DNA of 64,000 bases from contig CAVKBM010000003.1 in assembly GCA_963654355.1 (NCBI GenBank), positions 12,056 through 76,055 of the forward strand, written 5' to 3'. The notes under the pieces were generated by a model. That model had not been told where the DNA came from. It saw nothing but the letters and a program-made list of their open reading frames with translations, and made no database searches. The DNA is from Bacteroidaceae bacterium (GTDB lineage Bacteria; Bacteroidota; Bacteroidia; Bacteroidales; Paludibacteraceae). Numbering within the stretch: the first letter of the stretch is position 1; each line of letters begins with the position of its first letter. The translations under genes and the position numbers were made by a program. Shown here in pieces: positions 56,208-64,000 of this stretch.

Positions 56208-58268
56208 ATGACGGAAAGAAAGTTTAAAAGGACAACTGTAACGTCAGCGTTGCCATACGCCAACGGTCCTGTTCATATAGGTCATCTTGCTGGTGTCTAT
56301 GTACCAGCTGATATCTACGTTCGCTACCTCCGTTTGAAAGGAGAGGATGTAATCTTCATCGGTGGGTCGGATGAACATGGTGTGCCTGTAACTATTCGTG
56401 CAAAGAAAGAGGGTGTTACACCTCAAGATGTGGTTGATCGTTACCATAGGATAATAAAGGAATCGTTTCAAGAGTTTGGTATCTCTTTTGATATCTATTC
56501 ACGAACAACTTCTAAGATTCATCATAAGCTGGCGTCCGATTTCTTCCGTACTCTTTATGATAAGGGTGAATTTATAGAGAAGACTAGCGAACAGTATTAC
56601 GATGAGGAGGCAAAGACTTTCTTGGCTGATCGTTACATCGTTGGAGAATGTCCGAAGTGTCATGCTCAGGGAGCATACGGCGATCAGTGCGAGGCGTGTG
56701 GGTCTGCCCTTTCGCCTGAAGAGTTGATTAATCCAGTTAGTAAGCTGTCTGGCGCAAAACCAGTGCTTCGAAGCACGAAACATTGGTATCTGCCGTTAGA
56801 TAAACACGAAGGTTGGCTTCGCAAGTGGATTTTGGAAGATCACAAGGAATGGCGTCCGAATGTGTATGGCCAATGTAAGAGTTGGTTGGATGGTGGGTTG
56901 CAGCCTCGTGCGGTGAGTCGTGACTTGGAATGGGGAATCCCAGTGCCTGTAGAGGGTGCGGAAGGAAAGGTTTTGTATGTGTGGTTTGATGCTCCTATCG
57001 GGTATATCAGCAACACGAAGGAGTTGTGTGACACCCATCCCGAGAGATTTGGTCCATGGGAGAAGTGGTGGAAAGACGAAGATACTCGTTTAATCCATTT
57101 TATTGGTAAGGATAACATCGTATTCCATTGTATCGTGTTCCCCGCTATGTTGAAGGCTGAGGGGTCTTATATATTGCCAGACAATGTGCCAAGCAACGAG
57201 TTTCTTAATTTAGAGGGAGATAAAATCTCAACCTCTCGTAATTGGGCTGTTTGGTTGAACGAGTATTTGGTGGATTTTCCAGGGAAACAGGATACTTTGC
57301 GTTATGTGTTGACAGCCAATGCGCCTGAGACGAAGGATAACGACTTTACATGGAAAGATTTCCAAACTCGCAATAACAGTGAGCTAGTGGCTATCTACGG
57401 AAACTTTGTCAACCGAGCGTTGGTGTTGACGCAGAAGTATTTTGATGGCAAGGTGCCAGCGTTGGGTGAAGTCAGCGACTACGATAAGTCTACGATTGCC
57501 GAATTTGTCGATGTGAAAAAACATTTGGAGGATTTGTTGGATAATTTCAAATTCCGTGATGCGCAGAAGGAAGCAATGAATCTGGCTCGCATTGGAAATA
57601 AATATTTGGCGGAGACGGAACCTTGGAAATTGGCGAAAACAGATATGGCTCGTACGGCTACTATCTTGCATCTGAGCTTGCAAATCGCCGCTAATCTTGC
57701 AATCGCGTTTGAGCCATTCCTGCCATTCTCATCGGAAAAATTACGCAATATGTTGAACATGAAAGCGTTCTCATGGAGCGACTTGGGTAGTACGGAGCTT
57801 TTGACGGAAGGTCAGGCGTTGGGTAAGGTTGAATTGCTATTTGTTAAGATAGAAGATGCCGAAGTGGATGCTCAGGTAAAGAAATTGCATGATAAGAAGA
57901 AAGAAAACGAATTGGCAAGTTGGTCGCCCGATGCTGTCTCTGCAGAGTGTACGATTGATGATTTCGCTAAGTTGGATATTCGTTGTGGAACGATTTTAGA
58001 GTGTATCAAAGTGCCTAAGGCAGACAAGCTTTTGCAATTTAAGATTGATGATGGAATGGGAACGAGAACTATCGTTTCAGGTATCGCAAAGTATTATAAC
58101 CCAGAGGATCTGATTGGGAAACAGGTTTGTTTCATCGCTAATTTCCCTGTTCGAAAGCTGAAAGGAGTTGAAAGTCAAGGTATGATTCTCTCAACTTTAG
58201 ATAGTGATGGCAGTTTGTCTGTTGTATCTCCTTCTAAGAAGGTGGCGAATGGAGCAAAAGTTTGCTAA
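56208..58268 (+). CDS. metG: Methionine--tRNA ligase with C-terminal EMAP/Trbp111-like tRNA-binding domain
   Basis: '[12 protein letters not shown]' (HIGH), 'KISTSR' (KMSKS), Zn knuckle 'CPKCH...CEACG', C-terminal '[26 protein letters not shown]'. Confidence 0.95.
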   Translation: MTERKFKRTTVTSALPYANGPVHIGHLAGVYVPADIYVRYLRLKGEDVIFIGGSDEHGVPVTIRAKKEGVTPQDVVDRYHRIIKESFQEFGISFDIYSRTTSKIHHKLASDFFRTLYDKGEFIEKTSEQYYDEEAKTFLADRYIVGECPKCHAQGAYGDQCEACGSALSPEELINPVSKLSGAKPVLRSTKHWYLPLDKHEGWLRKWILEDHKEWRPNVYGQCKSWLDGGLQPRAVSRDLEWGIPVPVEGAEGKVLYVWFDAPIGYISNTKELCDTHPERFGPWEKWWKDEDTRLIHFIGKDNIVFHCIVFPAMLKAEGSYILPDNVPSNEFLNLEGDKISTSRNWAVWLNEYLVDFPGKQDTLRYVLTANAPETKDNDFTWKDFQTRNNSELVAIYGNFVNRALVLTQKYFDGKVPALGEVSDYDKSTIAEFVDVKKHLEDLLDNFKFRDAQKEAMNLARIGNKYLAETEPWKLAKTDMARTATILHLSLQIAANLAIAFEPFLPFSSEKLRNMLNMKAFSWSDLGSTELLTEGQALGKVELLFVKIEDAEVDAQVKKLHDKKKENELASWSPDAVSAECTIDDFAKLDIRCGTILECIKVPKADKLLQFKIDDGMGTRTIVSGIAKYYNPEDLIGKQVCFIANFPVRKLKGVESQGMILSTLDSDGSLSVVSPSKKVANGAKVC

Positions 58269-58284
58269 GTTAGTTTGAAAACAT

Positions 58285-58330
58285 AAAAAAAAGAGAAGGC
58301 GATGATCTTGATTGTCGCTTTCTTTTTTTG
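58285..58330. terminator. Bidirectional terminator between convergent metG and ABC genes
   Basis: A8 run, then AGAAGGCGA (58294-58302) pairing with TCGCTTTCT (58315-58323), then a T run (6 T at 58324-58329). Confidence 0.75.
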
Positions 58331-58342
58331 TCATATTGAGAT

Positions 58343-60082
58343 TTATTCGTTTCTATTCGCATTGAAAATCTCCCAATAGACACCTTTTTGTGCTAATAAA
58401 TCCTCGTGTGTGCCTTGTTCTGCTACTTTCCCTTTCTCTAAGACGACGATTTTGTCCGCATTTCGAATAGTTGAAAGCCTATGCGCGATGATGAGACATG
58501 TCTTCTTGTATGTCAGTCGACGAATTGCTTGTTGGAGAAGTAGTTCCGTTCTTGTGTCTATGTTGCTAGTAGCCTCGTCGAGTATGAGGATGGGTGCGTC
58601 AGCAAGGATGGCGCGCGCAATAGTGAGCAACTGTTGTTGCCCGTAACTGATACCTGCGCCTTGTTTCATAAACTTATGCTCGTATTGTTGAGGCAAATTC
58701 ATAATGAAAGTGTCGATGTTGGCGGCTTCAGCAGCTAACCTAAGTTCTTGTTCGCTGACTGTCTCTTTGCTATAGCCGATGTTGTATCGTACTGTCTCTG
58801 AAAATAAAAATGGCTCTTGAAACACAATGCTCAACATTGAACGTAGATCTTTAATTGAGATTGATTGGATGTTGGTGCCATTGATGGATATGCTTCCCCC
58901 TTGTATGTCGTAAAATTTTGATAGTAGGTGAATCAAGGTTGTTTTCCCTGCTCCTGTCGTACCCACAATAGCCACCGTTTCTCTGGGCTCTATTGAGAAG
59001 GTTACGCCATCAATGGTGGGCGTTTCCCCATCGTATGTGAAATGCACATCATTGAAGTCAACCCTCATAGGAACCTGATTTTTTTTGAATTTTTTGTCTG
59101 TAGTGGTAGAGTTTACTTCTTCGTTTTCATCTAAAAAAACGAAAATGCGTTCTGCGCCTGCTATGGCAGCTTGTATGGCGTTGATCTGTGTCGCGATGGC
59201 ATTGACAGGTCTCTGAAAATTCTTTGTGTACAGAAGGAACGTTTGAATCATTCCTACGGAGAGCAGGCTATGAAATGCTAAAAACGCACCGACAACGGTG
59301 ACAAGAAGGTAGCTGAGATTGTCTAGCACACGGAGTAGCGGCATTAATATGCCACTGTATATTTGTGCTTTTTTGCCAGTCTCGTATACATATTTGTCGA
59401 GTTGCTTGAACTTTTTGTTTTGTTTCTCTTCTTGGCTGAAATTCTTAATTGTACGAATGCCTACAGCATATTCTTCAACCATTCCGTTTAATGTTGAAAG
59501 CGCCTTTTGCTGTTGAAAGAAATAGACTCGTGTGTGTCGTATTATGAAACGGCTAAGAAGAATAGTTATAGGAATCGTTACGCAGGCCACGATTGTCAAT
59601 GTTACGTTCTCATGTAACATGATCAATAGAGAACCAGTTAGTGTTAAAATGCTGGTAATCAGTTGTACAAGGCAATTGCTCAATGCGTTTTTTATGAGTT
59701 CAATATCATTGGTAAAGTAGCTCATCAACTCGCCTCGCTTTCGTTCACTATATCTGCGAATGGTTAGTTTGTGTATTTTGCATATCATCTCTTCGCATAG
59801 CGATTTGATGATTCTCAGTGTGCTTCGCTTCAGGAAATAGTCTTGCACCCAAATGCAGAAGGACTCTATCAAATTAATTGTGAAAAAGACGAGAAGCATC
59901 TTTCCTAACTGTCCGAAATTGATAGATTTGCCAACTGTTGATACATCGTTGATGCATTGGTCTATCGTGATTCCTAAAAGGTAGGGAGCAAGAAGTGAAC
60001 ATGCGACGCCAATGAGTGAAAATATAATAATGACAATTAAACAGAAAGCTGGTTTCCTCCAGTAAGAAAAAAGTCGTAGCAT
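58343..60082 (-). CDS. ABC exporter permease/ATPase subunit (canonical catalytic residues, degenerate signature)
   Basis: Walker A 'GTTGAGKTT', signature 'ISYGQQQ', Walker B 'ILILDEAT', H-loop 'IIAHRLST'. ATG 60082 (MLRLFSYWRK) is preferred. GTG 60145 would overlap the upstream stop (GTGA). Confidence 0.88.
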   Translation of the reverse strand: MLRLFSYWRKPAFCLIVIIIFSLIGVACSLLAPYLLGITIDQCINDVSTVGKSINFGQLGKMLLVFFTINLIESFCIWVQDYFLKRSTLRIIKSLCEEMICKIHKLTIRRYSERKRGELMSYFTNDIELIKNALSNCLVQLITSILTLTGSLLIMLHENVTLTIVACVTIPITILLSRFIIRHTRVYFFQQQKALSTLNGMVEEYAVGIRTIKNFSQEEKQNKKFKQLDKYVYETGKKAQIYSGILMPLLRVLDNLSYLLVTVVGAFLAFHSLLSVGMIQTFLLYTKNFQRPVNAIATQINAIQAAIAGAERIFVFLDENEEVNSTTTDKKFKKNQVPMRVDFNDVHFTYDGETPTIDGVTFSIEPRETVAIVGTTGAGKTTLIHLLSKFYDIQGGSISINGTNIQSISIKDLRSMLSIVFQEPFLFSETVRYNIGYSKETVSEQELRLAAEAANIDTFIMNLPQQYEHKFMKQGAGISYGQQQLLTIARAILADAPILILDEATSNIDTRTELLLQQAIRRLTYKKTCLIIAHRLSTIRNADKIVVLEKGKVAEQGTHEDLLAQKGVYWEIFNANRNE

Positions 60083-60141
60083 GGTGCCACGTCCCCCATG
60101 TTTTGAGGAACTCGTTATAACGATATTTTTTCTCTTCCTTG

Positions 60142-61890
60142 TCACTCTTGTTTTTCGTTAATGTTGGACGACTGTGATTGTACGATTTCTTGATAAATAG
60201 GAAGTGTGTGGAGCAACTCTTCGTGTGTTCCGACTCCTTTGATTTCGCCCTTGTCTAACACGATGATTCGTGTCGCGTGCCTGATTGTGCAGACTCGTTG
60301 CGAAATAATAATTTTTGTGCAGTCAATCTCTGAAAGTGCGGAGAAAAGTGATGTCTCAGTCTTTTGATCTATGGCGTTGAGGCAGTCGTCTAAAATAAGA
60401 CAGTTGGGCTTAGAGATGAGTGTTCTGGCTAATGAAATTCTTTGTCGTTGCCCACCTGAGAGATTCATTCCTCCCGGAGCTAATCTATGATTGATTCCCT
60501 TGTCTATTTTTCTGATGAAATTGCTGATTTTTGCTGTCTCTAATGCGTCCATCATCTCTTCTTGTGTTGCATCTTCTTTCCCGAATCGTAGATTCTCGGC
60601 GATTGTCCCCGCGAAAAGTTGCACGTCCTGCATTGCAATTCCTATATGGCGATGTATGTCTTTTTTGTCAATCTTACCTATTGGAATGTCATTAATAAAG
60701 ATGTTTCCACAAGTAGGTGTATAGTTTTTTAGCAGTAATTGGACGAGTGTGCTTTTTCCCGCTCCAGTTCCCCCTATGATTCCAATCGTTTCACCTTCTT
60801 TCACTTCGAAGTTTATATTCTTTAAGACAAAAGCGTCTCCAAATTCTTCTTGGCTTTGTTCATAAGCGAAAGAAACATTGTCAAATCGAATTTTACATCT
60901 GTCATTTTCTAATTTAAAAAAACTATCAACTTTATTGTCTTTGTTGTCCGTGTCATGCAAAATAAAGGCTTTGATTCTTACCCATGAGGTGTTGGCTTCT
61001 GTGAGTGATATTATGATGTGTTGCGCCATCATGAGAGCAATAAGGATTTGCGTCAGATAACTAGTGATTGCCATGATTTCGCCGACTTTGATCTCTCCTT
61101 CTGTTTCCATTAGCAAAGCAGCCCAATAGACAACGATTGCTATTCCTCCATTGATGATTAATGACATCAACGGACTCAGTAAAACGGTCCTTCTTATGGC
61201 TTCTATGTTGCTGTCATATAAATTATCGTTGATTTTTTTGAAGCGTCTTTTCTCTTTTCCTTCTTGATTGAAAATTCGAATTACTTTTATGCCAGAGAGA
61301 AATTCGTGTATCACTAAATTGAGCTTTTCTGTCTGTTCTTGTACCCTCTTAAAGAAAGGATAGGCTTTTCGGGTGATATGAATGATAGAGAACAATAGGA
61401 TAGGAAGGATAATCAGTAAAATGGAAGAGAGTTCCTCGCTGATAGATAGAACCATAAAGATAGATCCGATGAACAAAATGGGCGCACGGTAGAGCAGTCT
61501 CATTGATGATTGAATAACGCCTTGTATTTTGTTGACATTGGTGAAAATGCAGGTGATAAGGTCTGATGGTTGCGTTTTGTCTAACTCCGAAAACGAGAAT
61601 AGCGATGTTTTTTCGAAGATTGTTTGCCTGATTCCTGATCCTACACCGTATGCTACAATACCTGCGGCAAAAATGGATAGTAGTCCGCCAACCATACCAA
61701 CCAAAGATATAATGAGCATTTTGATGCCCAAAGGAAGAAGCACCTCTGGGTTGTGAAGGAAAATTCCCTGATCTATAATCTCGGACATAAAGAAAGGTAG
61801 AGCCAATTCTGCACAGACTTCCGTTCCCACCATCAACGGGGAAAGAATCGCCCAAAACAGGTGAGGCTTTATGTATCTGTATAGAATCAT
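60142..61890 (-). CDS. ABC exporter permease/ATPase subunit (degenerate catalytic residues, canonical signature)
   Basis: Walker A 'GGTGAGKST', signature 'LSGGQRQR', Walker B 'CLILDDC' (Glu to Asp), H-loop position 'IIISQRVCT' (His to Gln). Confidence 0.88.
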   Translation of the reverse strand: MILYRYIKPHLFWAILSPLMVGTEVCAELALPFFMSEIIDQGIFLHNPEVLLPLGIKMLIISLVGMVGGLLSIFAAGIVAYGVGSGIRQTIFEKTSLFSFSELDKTQPSDLITCIFTNVNKIQGVIQSSMRLLYRAPILFIGSIFMVLSISEELSSILLIILPILLFSIIHITRKAYPFFKRVQEQTEKLNLVIHEFLSGIKVIRIFNQEGKEKRRFKKINDNLYDSNIEAIRRTVLLSPLMSLIINGGIAIVVYWAALLMETEGEIKVGEIMAITSYLTQILIALMMAQHIIISLTEANTSWVRIKAFILHDTDNKDNKVDSFFKLENDRCKIRFDNVSFAYEQSQEEFGDAFVLKNINFEVKEGETIGIIGGTGAGKSTLVQLLLKNYTPTCGNIFINDIPIGKIDKKDIHRHIGIAMQDVQLFAGTIAENLRFGKEDATQEEMMDALETAKISNFIRKIDKGINHRLAPGGMNLSGGQRQRISLARTLISKPNCLILDDCLNAIDQKTETSLFSALSEIDCTKIIISQRVCTIRHATRIIVLDKGEIKGVGTHEELLHTLPIYQEIVQSQSSNINEKQE

Positions 61891-62013
61891 TTACAAAATG
61901 TCCTTTTTGATGCGTCTGATGAAAGAAGAGGAAAAACGAAATATCTAATCGCAAATGTACTAAAACGAAAAATTTTAATAGTTTGTTTTGTTGCGTTATT
62001 TGTGCTATAATGT

Positions 62014-62021
62014 TAAATTTG
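62014..62021 (+). promoter_or_regulatory. -7 promoter element
   Basis: TAAATTTG, 18 nt upstream of ATG 62039. Confidence 0.5.
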
Positions 62022-62038
62022 CGGAGAATTTTGGTAGA

Positions 62039-62329
62039 ATGGCTTCTTTAGAAGATGTTGAAGAAAAATTGGCAGTTAGTGTGCGTCGTTTGATCGTTAA
62101 GTATGACGAACTCAAGATGCGGAATAACGAGTTGACTCAAAAGTTAATGTCGTTGGAAAGTCAACTTTCGGAGACGGAGGAGAAACTGAAAGATTGTCGC
62201 AAGGAGTTGCAAGATATGCGTTATGCTAAGGCGACGCAGGTATCTGAACAGGAAGCGAGGAAGATGCACAATCGGATGCTGAAATTGGAGCGGGAAATTG
62301 AAAAATGTGTGACTCTTTTAAATGAATAG
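62039..62329 (+). CDS. Coiled-coil protein (ZapB-like position upstream of zapA)
   Basis: 96 aa, heptad-rich: 'LKMRNNELTQKLMSLESQLSETEEKLKDCRKELQDMR'. ATG 62039 lies after the -7 box. Confidence 0.55.
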   Translation: MASLEDVEEKLAVSVRRLIVKYDELKMRNNELTQKLMSLESQLSETEEKLKDCRKELQDMRYAKATQVSEQEARKMHNRMLKLEREIEKCVTLLNE

Positions 62330-62407
62330 CGGGTGGACTGAGTTTTCTCGGAACCGATAGAGGAGTTGGCGCATTTCCTCAGAAATAGAAAGTAGACGTT
62401 GGATACC

Positions 62408-62749
62408 ATGAGTGAAAAGGCAGACTCAAAATCTGAAATTTCTCCTGAGAAAGAAACATCAAATGAACGTTTCAAGATTCGCGTTCAAGTGATGAATAGT
62501 GTACTTGAGGTGAACATAAGACGTTCTGACGAGGTCTATTTTAGAGAAGGAGCAAAGCTGGCCGATGGTAAGTACAGCGGATATGTTTCTTCATATCATG
62601 GTGAAAAGACTGGGGTGGATGATCGTTATTTTATGAAATTGACGGCTCTTGACCTGGCAATGCGCTGTGTAAAGTATGAGGCGGAAAAAGAGGAACTAAG
62701 AAAAAAACTGGATGATTTGGAAACCAGTATAAACAAGGTCATGAAATAA
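62408..62749 (+). CDS. zapA: Cell division protein ZapA-like
   Basis: 'FKIRVQVMNSVLEVNIRRSDEVYFREGAKLAD' and a C-terminal coiled coil. Conserved position just upstream of rny in Bacteroidetes, from memory. Confidence 0.6.
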   Translation: MSEKADSKSEISPEKETSNERFKIRVQVMNSVLEVNIRRSDEVYFREGAKLADGKYSGYVSSYHGEKTGVDDRYFMKLTALDLAMRCVKYEAEKEELRKKLDDLETSINKVMK

Positions 62750-62897
62750 TTTGAAGCAAGAATCATATAAGAAAAGGCCTTTCATTTGTCTTTTAACCTT
62801 CTATTATTATCCCGAAATAGACTGAGAACTCGCTTTCACCCCTTTATAACTGAAGGACGGTGGGGCTTAATTGTATTTGTATTATAATAAATTTATC

Positions 62898-64000
62898 ATG
62901 ACATTAATTTCTGTTATAGTAGCAGTAGCAGCTTTATTGGTCGGCGCTTTGATTACTTGGGTGGTTATGAACACCTTGCTCAAGTCGCGTACGGACAATA
63001 TCCTTAAAGAGGCAGAGGCTGAGGCGAAGGTGCTTCGCGACAATAAAATGTTAGAGGTGAAGGAGAAATATCTCGCCCTCAAAACTGAGTATGAAAATCA
63101 GTGCAACCAACGTAACGCCAGAATGCAACAGTTTGAGTCTAAACTGAAGCAACGTGAGTCTCAACTCAACCAGCAACAGGCTGACGTTCAACGTGGTCGT
63201 GCTGAAAATGAGAATGTGAAGGAAAATCTGTCGAATCAGATGGATATGGTCAATGCTCGCAAGCAAGAGTTGGAGAAACTTAACAGAATGGCCAACGAGC
63301 GTTTGGAAACGATTTCGGGTCTCTCCGCTTCTGAGGCGAAAGCCAATCTGATTGAGTCTTTGAAAGAGGAAGCCAAGACGGACGCTATGTCATATGTCAA
63401 CGAAATCATGGAAGAGGCTAAGATGACTGCCAACAAGGAAGCTAAACGCATTGTGGTTCACGCAATTCAACGTGTGGCTACCGAGGCTGCTATCGAAAAC
63501 TCTGTTACCGTGTTCAATATTGACTCTGACGAGATTAAGGGACGGATCATTGGGCGTGAGGGTCGAAACATACGTGCTTTGGAGGCGGCAACTGGGGTTG
63601 AGATCATTGTGGACGATACGCCTGAAGCAATCGTCCTTTCTGCATTTGATCCTGTTCGTCGTGAAATCGCTCGATTGGCTCTTCATCAGTTGGTTACGGA
63701 TGGACGTATACACCCCGCTCGTATTGAAGAGGTGGTGAATAAGGTGAAGAAACAGGTTGAGGAAGAAATTATTGAGACAGGTAAGCGAACAACGATTGAC
63801 TTAGGTATCCACGGATTACACCCCGATTTGATTCGTTTGATTGGTAAGATGAAGTACCGTTCTTCCTATGGACAAAATTTGTTGCAACATGCTCGTGAAA
63901 CAGCCAATCTTTGTGCTATCATGGCCGCAGAGTTGGGCTTGAACGCGAAAAAAGCAAAACGTGCAGGTTTGCTTCATGATATTGGAAAAGTGCCAGATGA
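62898..64000 (+). CDS. rny: Ribonuclease Y (3' end beyond window)
   Basis: Not in the ORF track because no stop falls in the window. My translation has an N-terminal TM '[23 protein letters not shown]', coiled coil, KH '[15 protein letters not shown]', and HD start 'GLLHDIGK'. Confidence 0.93.
   Translation, partial: MTLISVIVAVAALLVGALITWVVMNTLLKSRTDNILKEAEAEAKVLRDNKMLEVKEKYLALKTEYENQCNQRNARMQQFESKLKQRESQLNQQQADVQRGRAENENVKENLSNQMDMVNARKQELEKLNRMANERLETISGLSASEAKANLIESLKEEAKTDAMSYVNEIMEEAKMTANKEAKRIVVHAIQRVATEAAIENSVTVFNIDSDEIKGRIIGREGRNIRALEAATGVEIIVDDTPEAIVLSAFDPVRREIARLALHQLVTDGRIHPARIEEVVNKVKKQVEEEIIETGKRTTIDLGIHGLHPDLIRLIGKMKYRSSYGQNLLQHARETANLCAIMAAELGLNAKKAKRAGLLHDIGKVPD

Noticed and set aside
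61349-61954. A 201-aa minus-strand ORF.
   Set aside because: It is an alternative frame fully inside the ABC exporter gene (60142..61890), which has clear TMD and NBD motifs.
62837-62862. Hairpin CACC-CCTT...AAGG-ac-GGTG in the zapA-rny spacer, as a possible riboswitch or terminator.
   Set aside because: It has only 8 bp with a bulge and no convincing U-tract. I recognise no conserved riboswitch core. It is insufficient on its own.

Overview
This is a chromosomal segment from a Bacteroidota genome, Bacteroidales and Prevotella-like. The assignment rests on a SusC/SusD pair, a T9SS C-terminal sorting domain, gldH, TAnnTTTG -7 promoter boxes, and no Shine-Dalgarno dependence. About 55 protein genes and 2 tRNAs (Leu-TAG, Met/Ile2-CAT) are supported. 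I found no rRNA, CRISPR array, integrase or transposase.

Housekeeping backbone: malQ (GH77 with CBM20), polyprenyl synthase, trmB, gldH, PSP1/RicT, holB, a stand-alone MetH reactivation domain, ScpC-like CoA transferase, parC, aroK, guaA, rpmF-yceD, pyrBI, hppA, a ZIP transporter, amt, metG, a heterodimeric ABC exporter, zapA and rny (3' end cut by the window).

Accessory content:
- A promoter-to-terminator four-gene operon in which three divergent Uma2-like nuclease-fold paralogs surround an M23/LysM peptidase.
- A 1,626-aa T9SS cargo protein built of about 22 Listeria-Bacteroides repeats, next to a SusC/SusD/lipoprotein locus with no enzymes.
- A 1,173-aa protein with 11 cadherin-like repeats whose stop overlaps the start of a ZIP metal transporter.
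- A PIN toxin with a 53-aa antitoxin missing from the ORF track.
- Three decayed defence-like genes: an Abi_2 remnant, a split AAA-ATPase_like/PDDEXK_9 gene, and a shortened AAA_14/DUF4143 ATPase.

Non-coding observations I rate highest:
- A candidate translation-coupled attenuator in the pyrBI leader.
- Tandem 32-33 bp copies of an ATPase gene's initiation region with ATG changed to ACG.

All functional calls come from motif recognition by eye. No database search was run.
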